A stretch of 18,465 bases of DNA, taken from positions 1 to 18,465 of the forward strand of contig CBFGJX010000023.1 in the NCBI GenBank assembly GCA_965649225.1. The letters run 5' to 3'. Within the stretch, counting starts at the first letter, position 1. Every line of letters begins with the position of its first letter. The position numbers were made by a program, and so were the translations under genes. This document shows, piece after piece, positions 1-7,995 of the stretch. The DNA comes from a candidate division WOR-3 bacterium (lineage in GTDB: Bacteria; Hydrothermota; Tepidihabitantia; Tepidihabitantales; Tepidihabitantaceae). Under the pieces are notes generated by a model, which was not told where the DNA came from, searched no databases, and worked only from the letters and a program-made list of their open reading frames with translations.

Positions 1-805
1 TCAACTGCTGGCCGCAGGCGCCGGCCAGTCCCATCGTCCAGGCCAGCGCGAGCAGCACGCCGGAGAGCGGCAGCAGGACGCCGTAGAAGCTGCGAAACAT
101 CAACGCCAGCACAAAAACCAGAACCAGAACGACGACCGGCAGCAGTCGCACCAGGTCGCTCATCAGCCAGTCCTGCACGTACATCATCTGCACCGCTGAG
201 CCGGCCATCGACGAAACCGGACCCAGGCTTGACGCCTGCACGACCCGCTCAAGTTCCCGGGCGGTCACGGCCGGGTCGGTAACCGGAGCCAGCCGCGCCA
301 CGAGCAGTGCCGAACCGCCGTCGGCAGACACCAGCACGCCGCGGTAGCGCTTGTCGGCGAGCACCGACTCGCGCAGCGACCGCATGGCCGCGGGGTCATG
401 CGGGATGGACTCGACCACGGCCCGGATGAGCACGTCGTCGCCCTGCCCGCTGACGTCCTGCAGGGTCGTCAGACTCTGTACTTCAGTCACGCCCGGAATC
501 CCGGCGATTGCCCCGGCCAGACTGTCGAGCGCCTCAAGCACCTCCGGCCGGAACACATCGCCCGGTTCGACGATGACAACCGCAAGGTCCGACCCGCCGA
601 ACTCCCGGTCCACAGTCGCCGTGGCCTGCCGGCCCGGGTCGTCCTCGGGCAGCAGCCGCGCCAGGTTTGTCTCGACCCGCATCCGGGCCGCAAACGGTGC
701 GACCGAGGCGGTCACGAGCGCGACGACGGCGATAACCAGCCACGGCCGGCGGGCGCATAACCGGCCGAGCGGCGCCAGCGGACCGCCCCGTTCCGAGCGA
801 TTCAT
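1..805 (-). CDS. MMPL/RND-family membrane transporter, N-terminal part (runs off the left edge)
   Basis: Manual minus-strand translation from ATG at 805: MNRSERGGPLAPLGRLCARRPWLVIAVVALVTASVAPFAARMRVETNLARLLPEDDPGRQATATVDREFGGSD...LVSADGGSALLV...AGSAVQMMYVQDWLMSDLVRLLPVVVLVLVFVLALMFRSFYGVLLPL... This gives TM1, an extracytoplasmic domain and a TM bundle typical of MMPL proteins. The frame stays open to the edge. An alternative in-frame GTG start lies at 829. Confidence 0.88.
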   Translation of the reverse strand, partial: MNRSERGGPLAPLGRLCARRPWLVIAVVALVTASVAPFAARMRVETNLARLLPEDDPGRQATATVDREFGGSDLAVVIVEPGDVFRPEVLEALDSLAGAIAGIPGVTEVQSLTTLQDVSGQGDDVLIRAVVESIPHDPAAMRSLRESVLADKRYRGVLVSADGGSALLVARLAPVTDPAVTARELERVVQASSLGPVSSMAGSAVQMMYVQDWLMSDLVRLLPVVVLVLVFVLALMFRSFYGVLLPLSGVLLALAWTMGLAGACGQQL

Positions 806-820
806 CAATTTCGATGAATC
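799..820. promoter_or_regulatory. Perfect 8-6-8 inverted repeat, candidate repressor operator
   Basis: GATTCATC(799-806)-aatttc-GATGAATC(813-820), AT-rich, overlapping the MMPL ATG. Confidence 0.5.
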
Positions 821-835
821 ATCAATCACAAAAAT

Positions 836-863
836 AGTTTGTTTGCCGAAATATCAATGTCAA
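836..863 (-). promoter_or_regulatory. Candidate sigma70-type promoter for the MMPL gene
   Basis: TTGACA (863-858), 16-nt spacer, CAAACT (841-836). Perfect -35 but weak -10; the in-frame GTG at 829 follows after 6 nt. Confidence 0.4.
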
Positions 864-890
864 GCAAAATCTCACCGGTTCGGCACGCAG

Positions 891-918
891 TTGACCCACC
901 CGCCTGCCGGCCTACAAT
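891..918 (+). promoter_or_regulatory. Sigma70-type promoter for the beta-propeller operon
   Basis: TTGACC (891-896), 16-nt spacer, TACAAT (913-918), then 6 nt to the ATG at 925. No Shine-Dalgarno sequence. Confidence 0.7.
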
Positions 919-924
919 TGCGTC

Positions 925-2400
925 ATGACACGTGCCTTTCTGCTGTTGTGCCTGCTCGCGGCCCTGGCAACGGCCGACTGGGTCACCGGCGGCGGCAATG
1001 CGGCCCGCTCCGGCCTGGCCGGCATCAACGCGACGTCATACTTCGACCGCGTGTGCTGGGACAGCAGCCGTTACAGCTCCTACGGCCAGCAAATCTACAT
1101 CTGTGACTACAAGCTGGTCACGTATCGCTATGACTTTACCAACGGCCCGATCGTCTGCCACGACCTCGTGTCCGGCTATCCCCTGTGGGAACGTGACCTC
1201 GGCGCGCCCGGTGGCCGGTCCCTGCCGGTCGGGTTCCGCGACAACCAGGTCTATGCGGTCGAGCTCGACGGCACCTACCCGGACACGCTCTACTGCCTGG
1301 ACGGCGACAGCGGCACGACGCTTTGGACCGCAGCGCTTCAGGCCCATATGTATCTTTCCGAGAGCGTGACCTTCGCCGAGAACGGCGACCTGATCGTGAG
1401 TTGCGAGAACTTTCAGACCGCCCGCATCCGCCGCACCGACGGTGCCACGGTCTGGGCTGTACGACGCGTCTGGCCGGTGTCCGGTTCGGCTGACCTGACG
1501 GTGTCCGGCAACCGCTGCTACGGGTTCGGCGGCGCACTGGTCGGCGGCGCGCTCAAAGTCTATGCCTTCGACCTCGCCACCGGCGCGAAGCTCGATTCGT
1601 GCGAGATTGAAGACACCCACCCGGGCGGCACCGCGCCCTACGGCAACATCATCGCCGGGCCGGACGGCGTGCTCTACGCTCACCGCTGCGGCGACAACGT
1701 CACTGCCATCGAGGACCACGGCGACAGCCTGCACATCCGCTGGGTGCACGAGGTCAGCGCCGACCCGGCCGCGATGTGGGCCCAGCTCGCCTGCGGCCCG
1801 GACTCATCGGTCTATGTCCTTTCCAACGGCCGGGTCATCCGGCTTCACCCGCTGACCGGCGCCGCGATTGACTCGAGCCCGGTCATCAAAGACCCCAGCG
1901 CGGTCTTCGCCGCACACCTCGCGGTCGGCTCGGACGGAGTCGTATATGCAACCAACGGCGGTTACCTCGGCGGCGCGCTCCACTCCTTCTGGCCTGACCT
2001 CCGCCCGCTCGATTGCGACTCGATATTCAACGTCAGCACATCGAACCCGGCCATCAGCGACCTCGGTTTCCTCGCCATCGCCGGCGGCGGCACGCTGTTA
2101 AGGGTTTACGACTCCCCCAACGCAGTCGTCGAGCGGTCGTCAGCCAGCCGTCCGACAATCCGCGCCTGGCCTAACCCTTTTCGTTCCTCGATATTCTTCC
2201 GGGCTGAGTCTCCGACCCCGGCACCGCTCTGCATCACCGACATCTCCGGCCGCCGCGTCCGCACCCTCAGCTTCAACAACTCACCCGCCGCCGCGACTCG
2301 CTGGGATGGCTGCGACGAAGCGGGCAAAAGGCTGCCGGCTGGCGCCTACTTCTGTTGCGTCCCAGGCACCGTAACTCAGTTCGTCGTGATAAAGCAATAG
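925..2400 (+). CDS. Secreted PQQ/BamB-like beta-propeller protein with C-terminal T9SS-type/FlgD-Ig domain (paralog 1)
   Basis: Signal peptide MTRAFLLLCLLAALATA; W-x-T-x-GGN-x-x-R-x-G N-terminal motif; repeated CLD-x-x-x-G-x-x-LW and GPDG-x-x-Y blades; C-terminus AWPNPFRSS...ITDISGRRVRTL...WDGCDEAGKRLPAGAYFC. Confidence 0.85.
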   Translation: MTRAFLLLCLLAALATADWVTGGGNAARSGLAGINATSYFDRVCWDSSRYSSYGQQIYICDYKLVTYRYDFTNGPIVCHDLVSGYPLWERDLGAPGGRSLPVGFRDNQVYAVELDGTYPDTLYCLDGDSGTTLWTAALQAHMYLSESVTFAENGDLIVSCENFQTARIRRTDGATVWAVRRVWPVSGSADLTVSGNRCYGFGGALVGGALKVYAFDLATGAKLDSCEIEDTHPGGTAPYGNIIAGPDGVLYAHRCGDNVTAIEDHGDSLHIRWVHEVSADPAAMWAQLACGPDSSVYVLSNGRVIRLHPLTGAAIDSSPVIKDPSAVFAAHLAVGSDGVVYATNGGYLGGALHSFWPDLRPLDCDSIFNVSTSNPAISDLGFLAIAGGGTLLRVYDSPNAVVERSSASRPTIRAWPNPFRSSIFFRAESPTPAPLCITDISGRRVRTLSFNNSPAAATRWDGCDEAGKRLPAGAYFCCVPGTVTQFVVIKQ

Positions 2401-2413
2401 ACAGGGAGCAGCG

Positions 2414-3880
2414 ATGCGCAGTTTGCTGGTTCTGGCGAGCTTGCTGGCTGTCGTCGCCCCGGCCGGCGAGTGGATAACATCGGGCGGCAACCCGGCCCGC
2501 AGCGGTCTGTCCGACGAGTACGCACCGAGCGAACCCAACCTGCTCTGGTCCGGTACGCTGCCCGGCCTTTTCGGCCTGCCGATATTTATCAGCGGCGACA
2601 AGCTCGTGACGATGCGGTTTCAGACAATTGACTACGCACCGATCGTCTGCCACGACCTGTCCACCGGCGAGACACTGTGGACCCGCGACTTCCCCGGAAC
2701 GAACAGCCGGTCACTGCCGATTGGCCCGCGCGACAACCGGGTCTATGCGATAAACTTCCAGGAGAGTCGCCACGACACGCTTTACTGCCTCAACGCCGAC
2801 AACGGCGAAATCATCTGGCGCAGCCGGGTGACCACCGACATGAGCATCACCGAGAGCGCAACATTTACCGAGAACGGCGACCTGCTGGTCAACGCCTCGG
2901 GCTTCAGGATTGCCCGTATCAACCACACCAACGGCGACACGGTCTGGACAACCTACCGGCTCTGGCCCGTCAGCGGCTCAGCCGACATCTGCGTCTACGA
3001 ATCTACCGCCTACGCCTGGTGGGGCGATATGGGCACGCTGCGCCTGGCGGCGTTTCGCCTTGCCGACGGCCGACTCAAAGACACTGTTCGCGTTGAGGAC
3101 ACCCACCCGGGCGGGCCGCTGCCCCAGGCCGCACCAATGGTCGGGCCGGACGGCACCATCTACGCTCACAAGGTCGGCGACAACATCACCGCCATCCGCG
3201 ACTATGGTGACAGCCTGCACGTGCTCTGGGTCGTTCCGCTATCGGGCGAGGGCGAATACTTTTCGCCCTTTTCCCATTTTGCCGTCGGGCCGGACTCAAC
3301 TGTGTATGCCGCATCCTACGGCCGCATCATCCGGTTGCACCCGCGCACCGGTGTCGTCATGGATTCCTCGGGTTTCGTTCAGGATACCTCGGGCGTGCTG
3401 TTCAACGTCCGGCTGGCAATTGATGCTGCCGGCAACGTCTTTCTCGCCACCGGCCAGGAGGCGGGCGGGCTGTACTGCTTCACGCCCGACCTGCGGCTCA
3501 ACTGGTTCGAACCGATCCGACGGGTCAACACATCCGGCCCGGCCATCGGCCCGGGCGGCGTCGTGGCCGTTGCCGGTGACGGCAACGAACTGCGCGTCTA
3601 TGCCCCGGCGCCGGCAGTTACTGACGCCCCGCGCTCGCGCACCGCAGCGCACTGGCTCCGGGCGCCCGGTGTCGTCCGCAACGCGGCTTCAATCCGATGG
3701 CTCGGCCCGGCCGCACGCATAACCATTCACAGCAGCACCGGAGCGCTCGTAAGTTCAGCCGGGCTGCCGGGTCCTGGCCGGTTTGACTGGGACTGCGGCA
3801 CGGCACCGGCCGGCGTCTACCTTGTACGCGCCGAAACAGGCAACTCGACCGAATCGGTCTGCATCGCAGTCTGCCACTGA
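2414..3880 (+). CDS. Secreted PQQ/BamB-like beta-propeller protein with divergent C-terminal sorting domain (paralog 2)
   Basis: GGAG RBS; signal peptide; WITSGGNPARSGL; shares blocks PIVCHDL, DTLYCL, WPVSGSAD, EDTHPGG and GDSLH with paralog 1; C-terminus ITIHSSTGALV...PAGVYLVR. Confidence 0.85.
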   Translation: MRSLLVLASLLAVVAPAGEWITSGGNPARSGLSDEYAPSEPNLLWSGTLPGLFGLPIFISGDKLVTMRFQTIDYAPIVCHDLSTGETLWTRDFPGTNSRSLPIGPRDNRVYAINFQESRHDTLYCLNADNGEIIWRSRVTTDMSITESATFTENGDLLVNASGFRIARINHTNGDTVWTTYRLWPVSGSADICVYESTAYAWWGDMGTLRLAAFRLADGRLKDTVRVEDTHPGGPLPQAAPMVGPDGTIYAHKVGDNITAIRDYGDSLHVLWVVPLSGEGEYFSPFSHFAVGPDSTVYAASYGRIIRLHPRTGVVMDSSGFVQDTSGVLFNVRLAIDAAGNVFLATGQEAGGLYCFTPDLRLNWFEPIRRVNTSGPAIGPGGVVAVAGDGNELRVYAPAPAVTDAPRSRTAAHWLRAPGVVRNAASIRWLGPAARITIHSSTGALVSSAGLPGPGRFDWDCGTAPAGVYLVRAETGNSTESVCIAVCH

Positions 3881-3894
3881 CTACCGGAGGTGCG

Positions 3895-5370
3895 ATGAGA
3901 ATACCCTTATTGACATTCACGCTGTTGACCGCAGCGCTTGGGCAAAACTGGACAACGGTGGGCGGTAACAACGAGCACAATGGCCGGGCGGACCAGCGCT
4001 ATGGTCCGACCAACCGGCAGCTGCTCTGGGAAGCCCAGACCCTGTCCTCCAATCTCGGAATGCAGGTCTTCATCTGGGACGATTATGTCGTCACGACGCG
4101 CTACAGTTTCTCGCCGATGTCCGCCACCCTGGTCTGCCACGACCTCTGGACCGGCGATACGGTCTGGACTCGCCTTTACCGGCCCAGCGGCAAGTTCATC
4201 CCGATGGGCGTAAGCCACGGCCGGCTGTATTCGCGCAACTTCCGGGAAACCGGCCACGACACGATTTTCTGCAGCGACATTGCCACTGGCGAACTGCTGT
4301 GGCAGTCACGCTGGACCGCGCCGCTGGGTATTGTCTGGTGTGCGGTCTTCGCCGAGAACGGCGACCCCATCACACCCTGCGCCGAGCGTGGCATTGCCCG
4401 GCTCAACCACCTGACCGGCGACACGGTCTGGACCAATCCACGGCCGATTCCAAATACCGGCGCCGAATGGATTGGAATGACCGACACGATCGTCTTTGCT
4501 TGGGAAGGTCTGGGCATCAACCGGCCCAAGTATCTCATCGCGATTTCGGCCAACACCGGCCGCACGCTCTTTCGTACACCCGAACTGCCGGGCGACGGCG
4601 ACCAGGAACTGCCCTTTGTCGTTGGCCCGGGCCGACGAGTATATGGCCAGCGCGACGGCGGCCTGTTCTACTGCTGGCAACTGACCGACACCGGCTTTGC
4701 CGTGCTTTGGACCGCGCCCGGCTACGGCGGCTCAACATGGCAGAACTACGGCATCGGTCCGGACACCAACCTGTACCTGCCCAGAGGCAACCGGCTGCTG
4801 CGGCTCGACGGCCGCACCGGCGCGCTGCTGGACTCGTCGCCGCCCCTTGCCGCTGCCGACATCACCCCGCGCATCACCGTTGACGAAAATGGCTGCGTTT
4901 TTGCAATGGTCAGTACCTCCAGCGGCGCCGGCGGCGTCTGGGCGCTGACGCCGGACCTTGACACCCTCTGGTACGACCCAATCAGCTACGGCTACTACAG
5001 CGGCCCGGCACTGGTCCGCAGCAATGTCATGGTCGTTGCCGGACCGGGCACGCTGCTCCGGGCTTATCAGGGCCCGGTCGGGATTACCGGCCAGCCTGAC
5101 CGCAGGCTGACGCCACGGCTGTCGGCCTGGCCGAATCCGTTCCGCACCTCGGTCTATTTGATTTCGGATCAAACGACCACTGCACCACTCTCAATCGTTG
5201 ACGTCACCGGCCGCCTTGTCCGCACCATCAGACCATGCTCTGGTTCGACCGGTCGGGTGGTCTGGGACGGCTGCGACGATAACGGCCAAAGGGTTACGCC
5301 CGGCACCTACGTCTGCCGCACAACAGCGCCAGATGGCCCGGTCTCAGTCCGAGTAATCCTCACAAAATAG
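3895..5370 (+). CDS. Secreted PQQ/BamB-like beta-propeller protein with C-terminal T9SS-type/FlgD-Ig domain (paralog 3)
   Basis: GGAGGT RBS; signal peptide MRIPLLTFTLLTAALG; WTTVGGNNEHNG; LVCHDLWTGDTVW, FAENGD; C-terminus SAWPNPFRTS...IVDVTGRLVRTI...WDGCDDNGQRVTPGTYVC. Confidence 0.85.
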   Translation: MRIPLLTFTLLTAALGQNWTTVGGNNEHNGRADQRYGPTNRQLLWEAQTLSSNLGMQVFIWDDYVVTTRYSFSPMSATLVCHDLWTGDTVWTRLYRPSGKFIPMGVSHGRLYSRNFRETGHDTIFCSDIATGELLWQSRWTAPLGIVWCAVFAENGDPITPCAERGIARLNHLTGDTVWTNPRPIPNTGAEWIGMTDTIVFAWEGLGINRPKYLIAISANTGRTLFRTPELPGDGDQELPFVVGPGRRVYGQRDGGLFYCWQLTDTGFAVLWTAPGYGGSTWQNYGIGPDTNLYLPRGNRLLRLDGRTGALLDSSPPLAAADITPRITVDENGCVFAMVSTSSGAGGVWALTPDLDTLWYDPISYGYYSGPALVRSNVMVVAGPGTLLRAYQGPVGITGQPDRRLTPRLSAWPNPFRTSVYLISDQTTTAPLSIVDVTGRLVRTIRPCSGSTGRVVWDGCDDNGQRVTPGTYVCRTTAPDGPVSVRVILTK

Positions 5371-5379
5371 GAGCATAAT

Positions 5380-7932
5380 TTGAAACACCTCGCTTTGTTC
5401 GCTCTGTTTACGCTGGCCTTCGGCCAGGCGATTCCGCCCGCGGTCAGCACTACTGTCCAACCGCCGCCAATCAACCGCACCGACGCGGTCGGCCGACTGC
5501 TCACCGACCTGCTGCCTGCCGTTGCCAACTACCAGCAGACCGATGTTGACCCCGGCCGCGCGCCTGAGGGCGATTACCTCGGGTTCAGTGCCTTCACCCG
5601 CGACGGTTCGCAGGTCTGGCTCACCAACCGTCTCACCGACAACATCACCGTGTTTGACTGGGCCACGATGCGCCAGGAAACCACCTTCACGGTCGGCGAC
5701 TACCCCGGCGGTATCGCCCTCACCGACAGCTTTGCCATCGTCACACTCGGCTTCTCGGACAGTGTTGTCATCATCCGCGTCCGCGACTACTCGGTGGCGG
5801 CGCGCCTGCCTTCGGGCGGCCAGCCCTGGGTCGTCGTGACCTCACCCGATGGCCGCTATGCCTATGTCGCCTGCGACATTTCCAACACCTGCGAGGTGTA
5901 TGACCTGCAATCACTTTCGCGCCTGCGCACCATCCCGAACTTCCCGGTCTTTCTGTCCACATACTCCTGGAACTCGGAGAACAGTCGCTATGCGTTCACG
6001 TTCTCGAAGTTCGCCGTCACCCCCGATGGCGGTCACATCATCGTGCCGAATTACGCCGACACGCTGTTCTTCATCAATACCGCCACCGGCGCCTGGGAAG
6101 ACACCCTGACCGGAGTGGGCAAGTGCCGGTTCGTCGAGCTCTCCGGCGACGGACGCAAGGCACTGGTCGTGGCCGAATCCGCCTCCGGCTGCATCGCCCG
6201 CCGGATTGATATCGCCACGCGGACAGTTGATGCGTCCGTAACCCTGACCGGTCTGACACTGATGACATTCGAATCGGCGATGAACTGGGACGGTTCCAAG
6301 TGCTATCTCGGAGTCAGCGGCAACCAGAGCGCGCTCGTCCGCTTCAACACCGGCAACTACATCACCTTTTCCAGCACCTACACCGCCTTCTGGATCGGCG
6401 TCTCGCCCGACTACACCCGGGCAATCAGCGGCCAGTACAATTGGTCGGTGGTTGACTTCGCAACCGAGACTGTACTCGGCCAGGCCATTGGCAATGCTCA
6501 GTCAATCGGAGTGGTTTCACCGGTCGGCAACCGTGCCATCGGCTATGACCCGCACCGGCACGAAGGCATCTACTTCTACGACTACACCTCGCCCGGCCCG
6601 TCAATGTACCGCGGCACGACCAACGCCGGCAAGGACCCGGAAGGCGACTGCCCGCACCGGCTCGCTATCGCACCCGACGGCTCCAAGGCCCTGGTCAGCA
6701 ACGTACTGTCCGACAATCTCAGCATCATTGATGTTGCGGCCGGCACGCTTGACACCATCATTCCCTGTGCTGACCGGCCGCAGGAAGTCGCCATCACTTC
6801 CGACTCGCGCTGGGGTGTGGTGGCCAATGTCGGCAACACCGTCTCGGTCATTGACCTGCTGACCGGCACGACCGCCGCTACCGTTCAATGCCCGGGTGGC
6901 CCGTGGTCACTCGCCCTCGCTCCAACCGACTCCTTTGCCTACGTCGGCAACATCTCCGGCAACACTGTCGGCGTTGTTCGGCTCGACGGCACTGCCAGCC
7001 GGCTTGTTACTGCCGTACCCTGCGGCGAGATTGGCGTTGTCTGGGCCGGGCAGGGTATCGCCTCGGGCGTAGCCTGCTCGCCCGATGGCCGCTGGATTCT
7101 TGTCGCCGTATCTTTCGAGGACGTGGTTCGAGTCATCGACGCGCACACCTACGCGGTCGTCGCCACATTGAACGTGGGCGACTTCCCACTGCGCATTGCC
7201 TTTGACGCCTCGGGTACCCGCGCGGTCGTCTCCAACTATTCAAGCAACAACTTCACGTTGATGTACATTGACGGTGCCAACTCGTCAGTCATCGGTACTT
7301 TCGCCTGCGGACAAGGCCCGGCCAGCGTGGCCTATGACCCGCTGTTCGACCGGTTTGGCATCGGCAACCTCTCCGGCAAGACCGTGACGATCGTCAGGGC
7401 TGACTCGGGCCGCACCGTCAGCACCCGCTACTACACATCGTACGGCTCGCTCAATCAGGTGCTCTTCGACGAAACCGGCGAGCCGGTCGTGCTGACCACC
7501 GGCACCAGCAGTGCGTCCGGCCACCTTCACCGTCAAGGCACCGCCGTGCCACTCCCGGCCGGACCGAAAACATTCGACTACTGCACCAGAACCAGAACCG
7601 CCGCGGTTGCCATGCCCGGTCCGGACTGGGTAACTCTGCTTGACTTTTCGCCCCAGGGAATCACCGCGCCATACCTGCCGCTGAAGCGAAACGACCAGCG
7701 GCCAGTAACCATTCCGACAGTGACGCGCAACCGTGTACGGCTGATTTTCCCCTGTCCACTGGCACGGCAGGTCGAAATTGAGCTCTATGACAACGCCGGT
7801 CGTCCCGTCAGAACATGGCGTCTTTCGGCAGGCACAACTGACTGCCAACTTGACGTCACTGGCATTCCCGGAGGCGTTTACCACCTTACCGGAACGAGGC
7901 TGACGCCGGTTCGAGTCGTAATAGCGCCCTGA
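5380..7932 (+). CDS. Secreted YncE/YVTN-type double beta-propeller protein with C-terminal T9SS-type domain
   Basis: TTG start after AGGAG; signal peptide; blades VGDYPGGIALT, SPDGRYAYVA, APDGSKALVSN, VGDFPLRIAFD; C-terminus IELYDNAGRPVR...LDVTGIPGGVYHL. Confidence 0.85.
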   Translation: MKHLALFALFTLAFGQAIPPAVSTTVQPPPINRTDAVGRLLTDLLPAVANYQQTDVDPGRAPEGDYLGFSAFTRDGSQVWLTNRLTDNITVFDWATMRQETTFTVGDYPGGIALTDSFAIVTLGFSDSVVIIRVRDYSVAARLPSGGQPWVVVTSPDGRYAYVACDISNTCEVYDLQSLSRLRTIPNFPVFLSTYSWNSENSRYAFTFSKFAVTPDGGHIIVPNYADTLFFINTATGAWEDTLTGVGKCRFVELSGDGRKALVVAESASGCIARRIDIATRTVDASVTLTGLTLMTFESAMNWDGSKCYLGVSGNQSALVRFNTGNYITFSSTYTAFWIGVSPDYTRAISGQYNWSVVDFATETVLGQAIGNAQSIGVVSPVGNRAIGYDPHRHEGIYFYDYTSPGPSMYRGTTNAGKDPEGDCPHRLAIAPDGSKALVSNVLSDNLSIIDVAAGTLDTIIPCADRPQEVAITSDSRWGVVANVGNTVSVIDLLTGTTAATVQCPGGPWSLALAPTDSFAYVGNISGNTVGVVRLDGTASRLVTAVPCGEIGVVWAGQGIASGVACSPDGRWILVAVSFEDVVRVIDAHTYAVVATLNVGDFPLRIAFDASGTRAVVSNYSSNNFTLMYIDGANSSVIGTFACGQGPASVAYDPLFDRFGIGNLSGKTVTIVRADSGRTVSTRYYTSYGSLNQVLFDETGEPVVLTTGTSSASGHLHRQGTAVPLPAGPKTFDYCTRTRTAAVAMPGPDWVTLLDFSPQGITAPYLPLKRNDQRPVTIPTVTRNRVRLIFPCPLARQVEIELYDNAGRPVRTWRLSAGTTDCQLDVTGIPGGVYHLTGTRLTPVRVVIAP

Positions 7933-7964
7933 CGCAGGGCAAAGACCTCTTCGTAGTCACGTTA

Positions 7965-7995
7965 CGCAGCGGCAGCTGTTGAGGCTGCCGCTGCG
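7965..7995. terminator. 12-bp GC-rich hairpin downstream of the propeller operon, possibly bidirectional
   Basis: CGCAGCGGCAGC(7965-7976)-tgttgag-GCTGCCGCTGCG(7984-7995), between convergent genes. No clear U-tract. Confidence 0.5.

Noticed and set aside
351..1106. 251-aa plus-strand ORF and other plus-strand ORFs in 351-760
   Set aside because: Antisense shadow of the MMPL gene. It is Ser/Arg/Thr-rich with no recognisable motif and crosses the promoter region.
925..5370. Paralogs as PQQ-dependent dehydrogenases or BamB
   Set aside because: Only generic propeller blades are visible. There is no recognisable PQQ-enzyme active-site motif or lipobox, and each carries a secretion tail.
925..5370. 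DGR-like template/variable repeats or a CRISPR array among the repeated blocks
   Set aside because: The similarity is at protein level with synonymous divergence. No adenine-specific pattern, reverse transcriptase or regularly spaced identical repeats were seen.
7926..7995. TGA followed by a hairpin as a possible selenocysteine readthrough
   Set aside because: The protein ends naturally at the end of its sorting domain (VRVVIAP), and the hairpin does not resemble a bacterial SECIS in position or loop.
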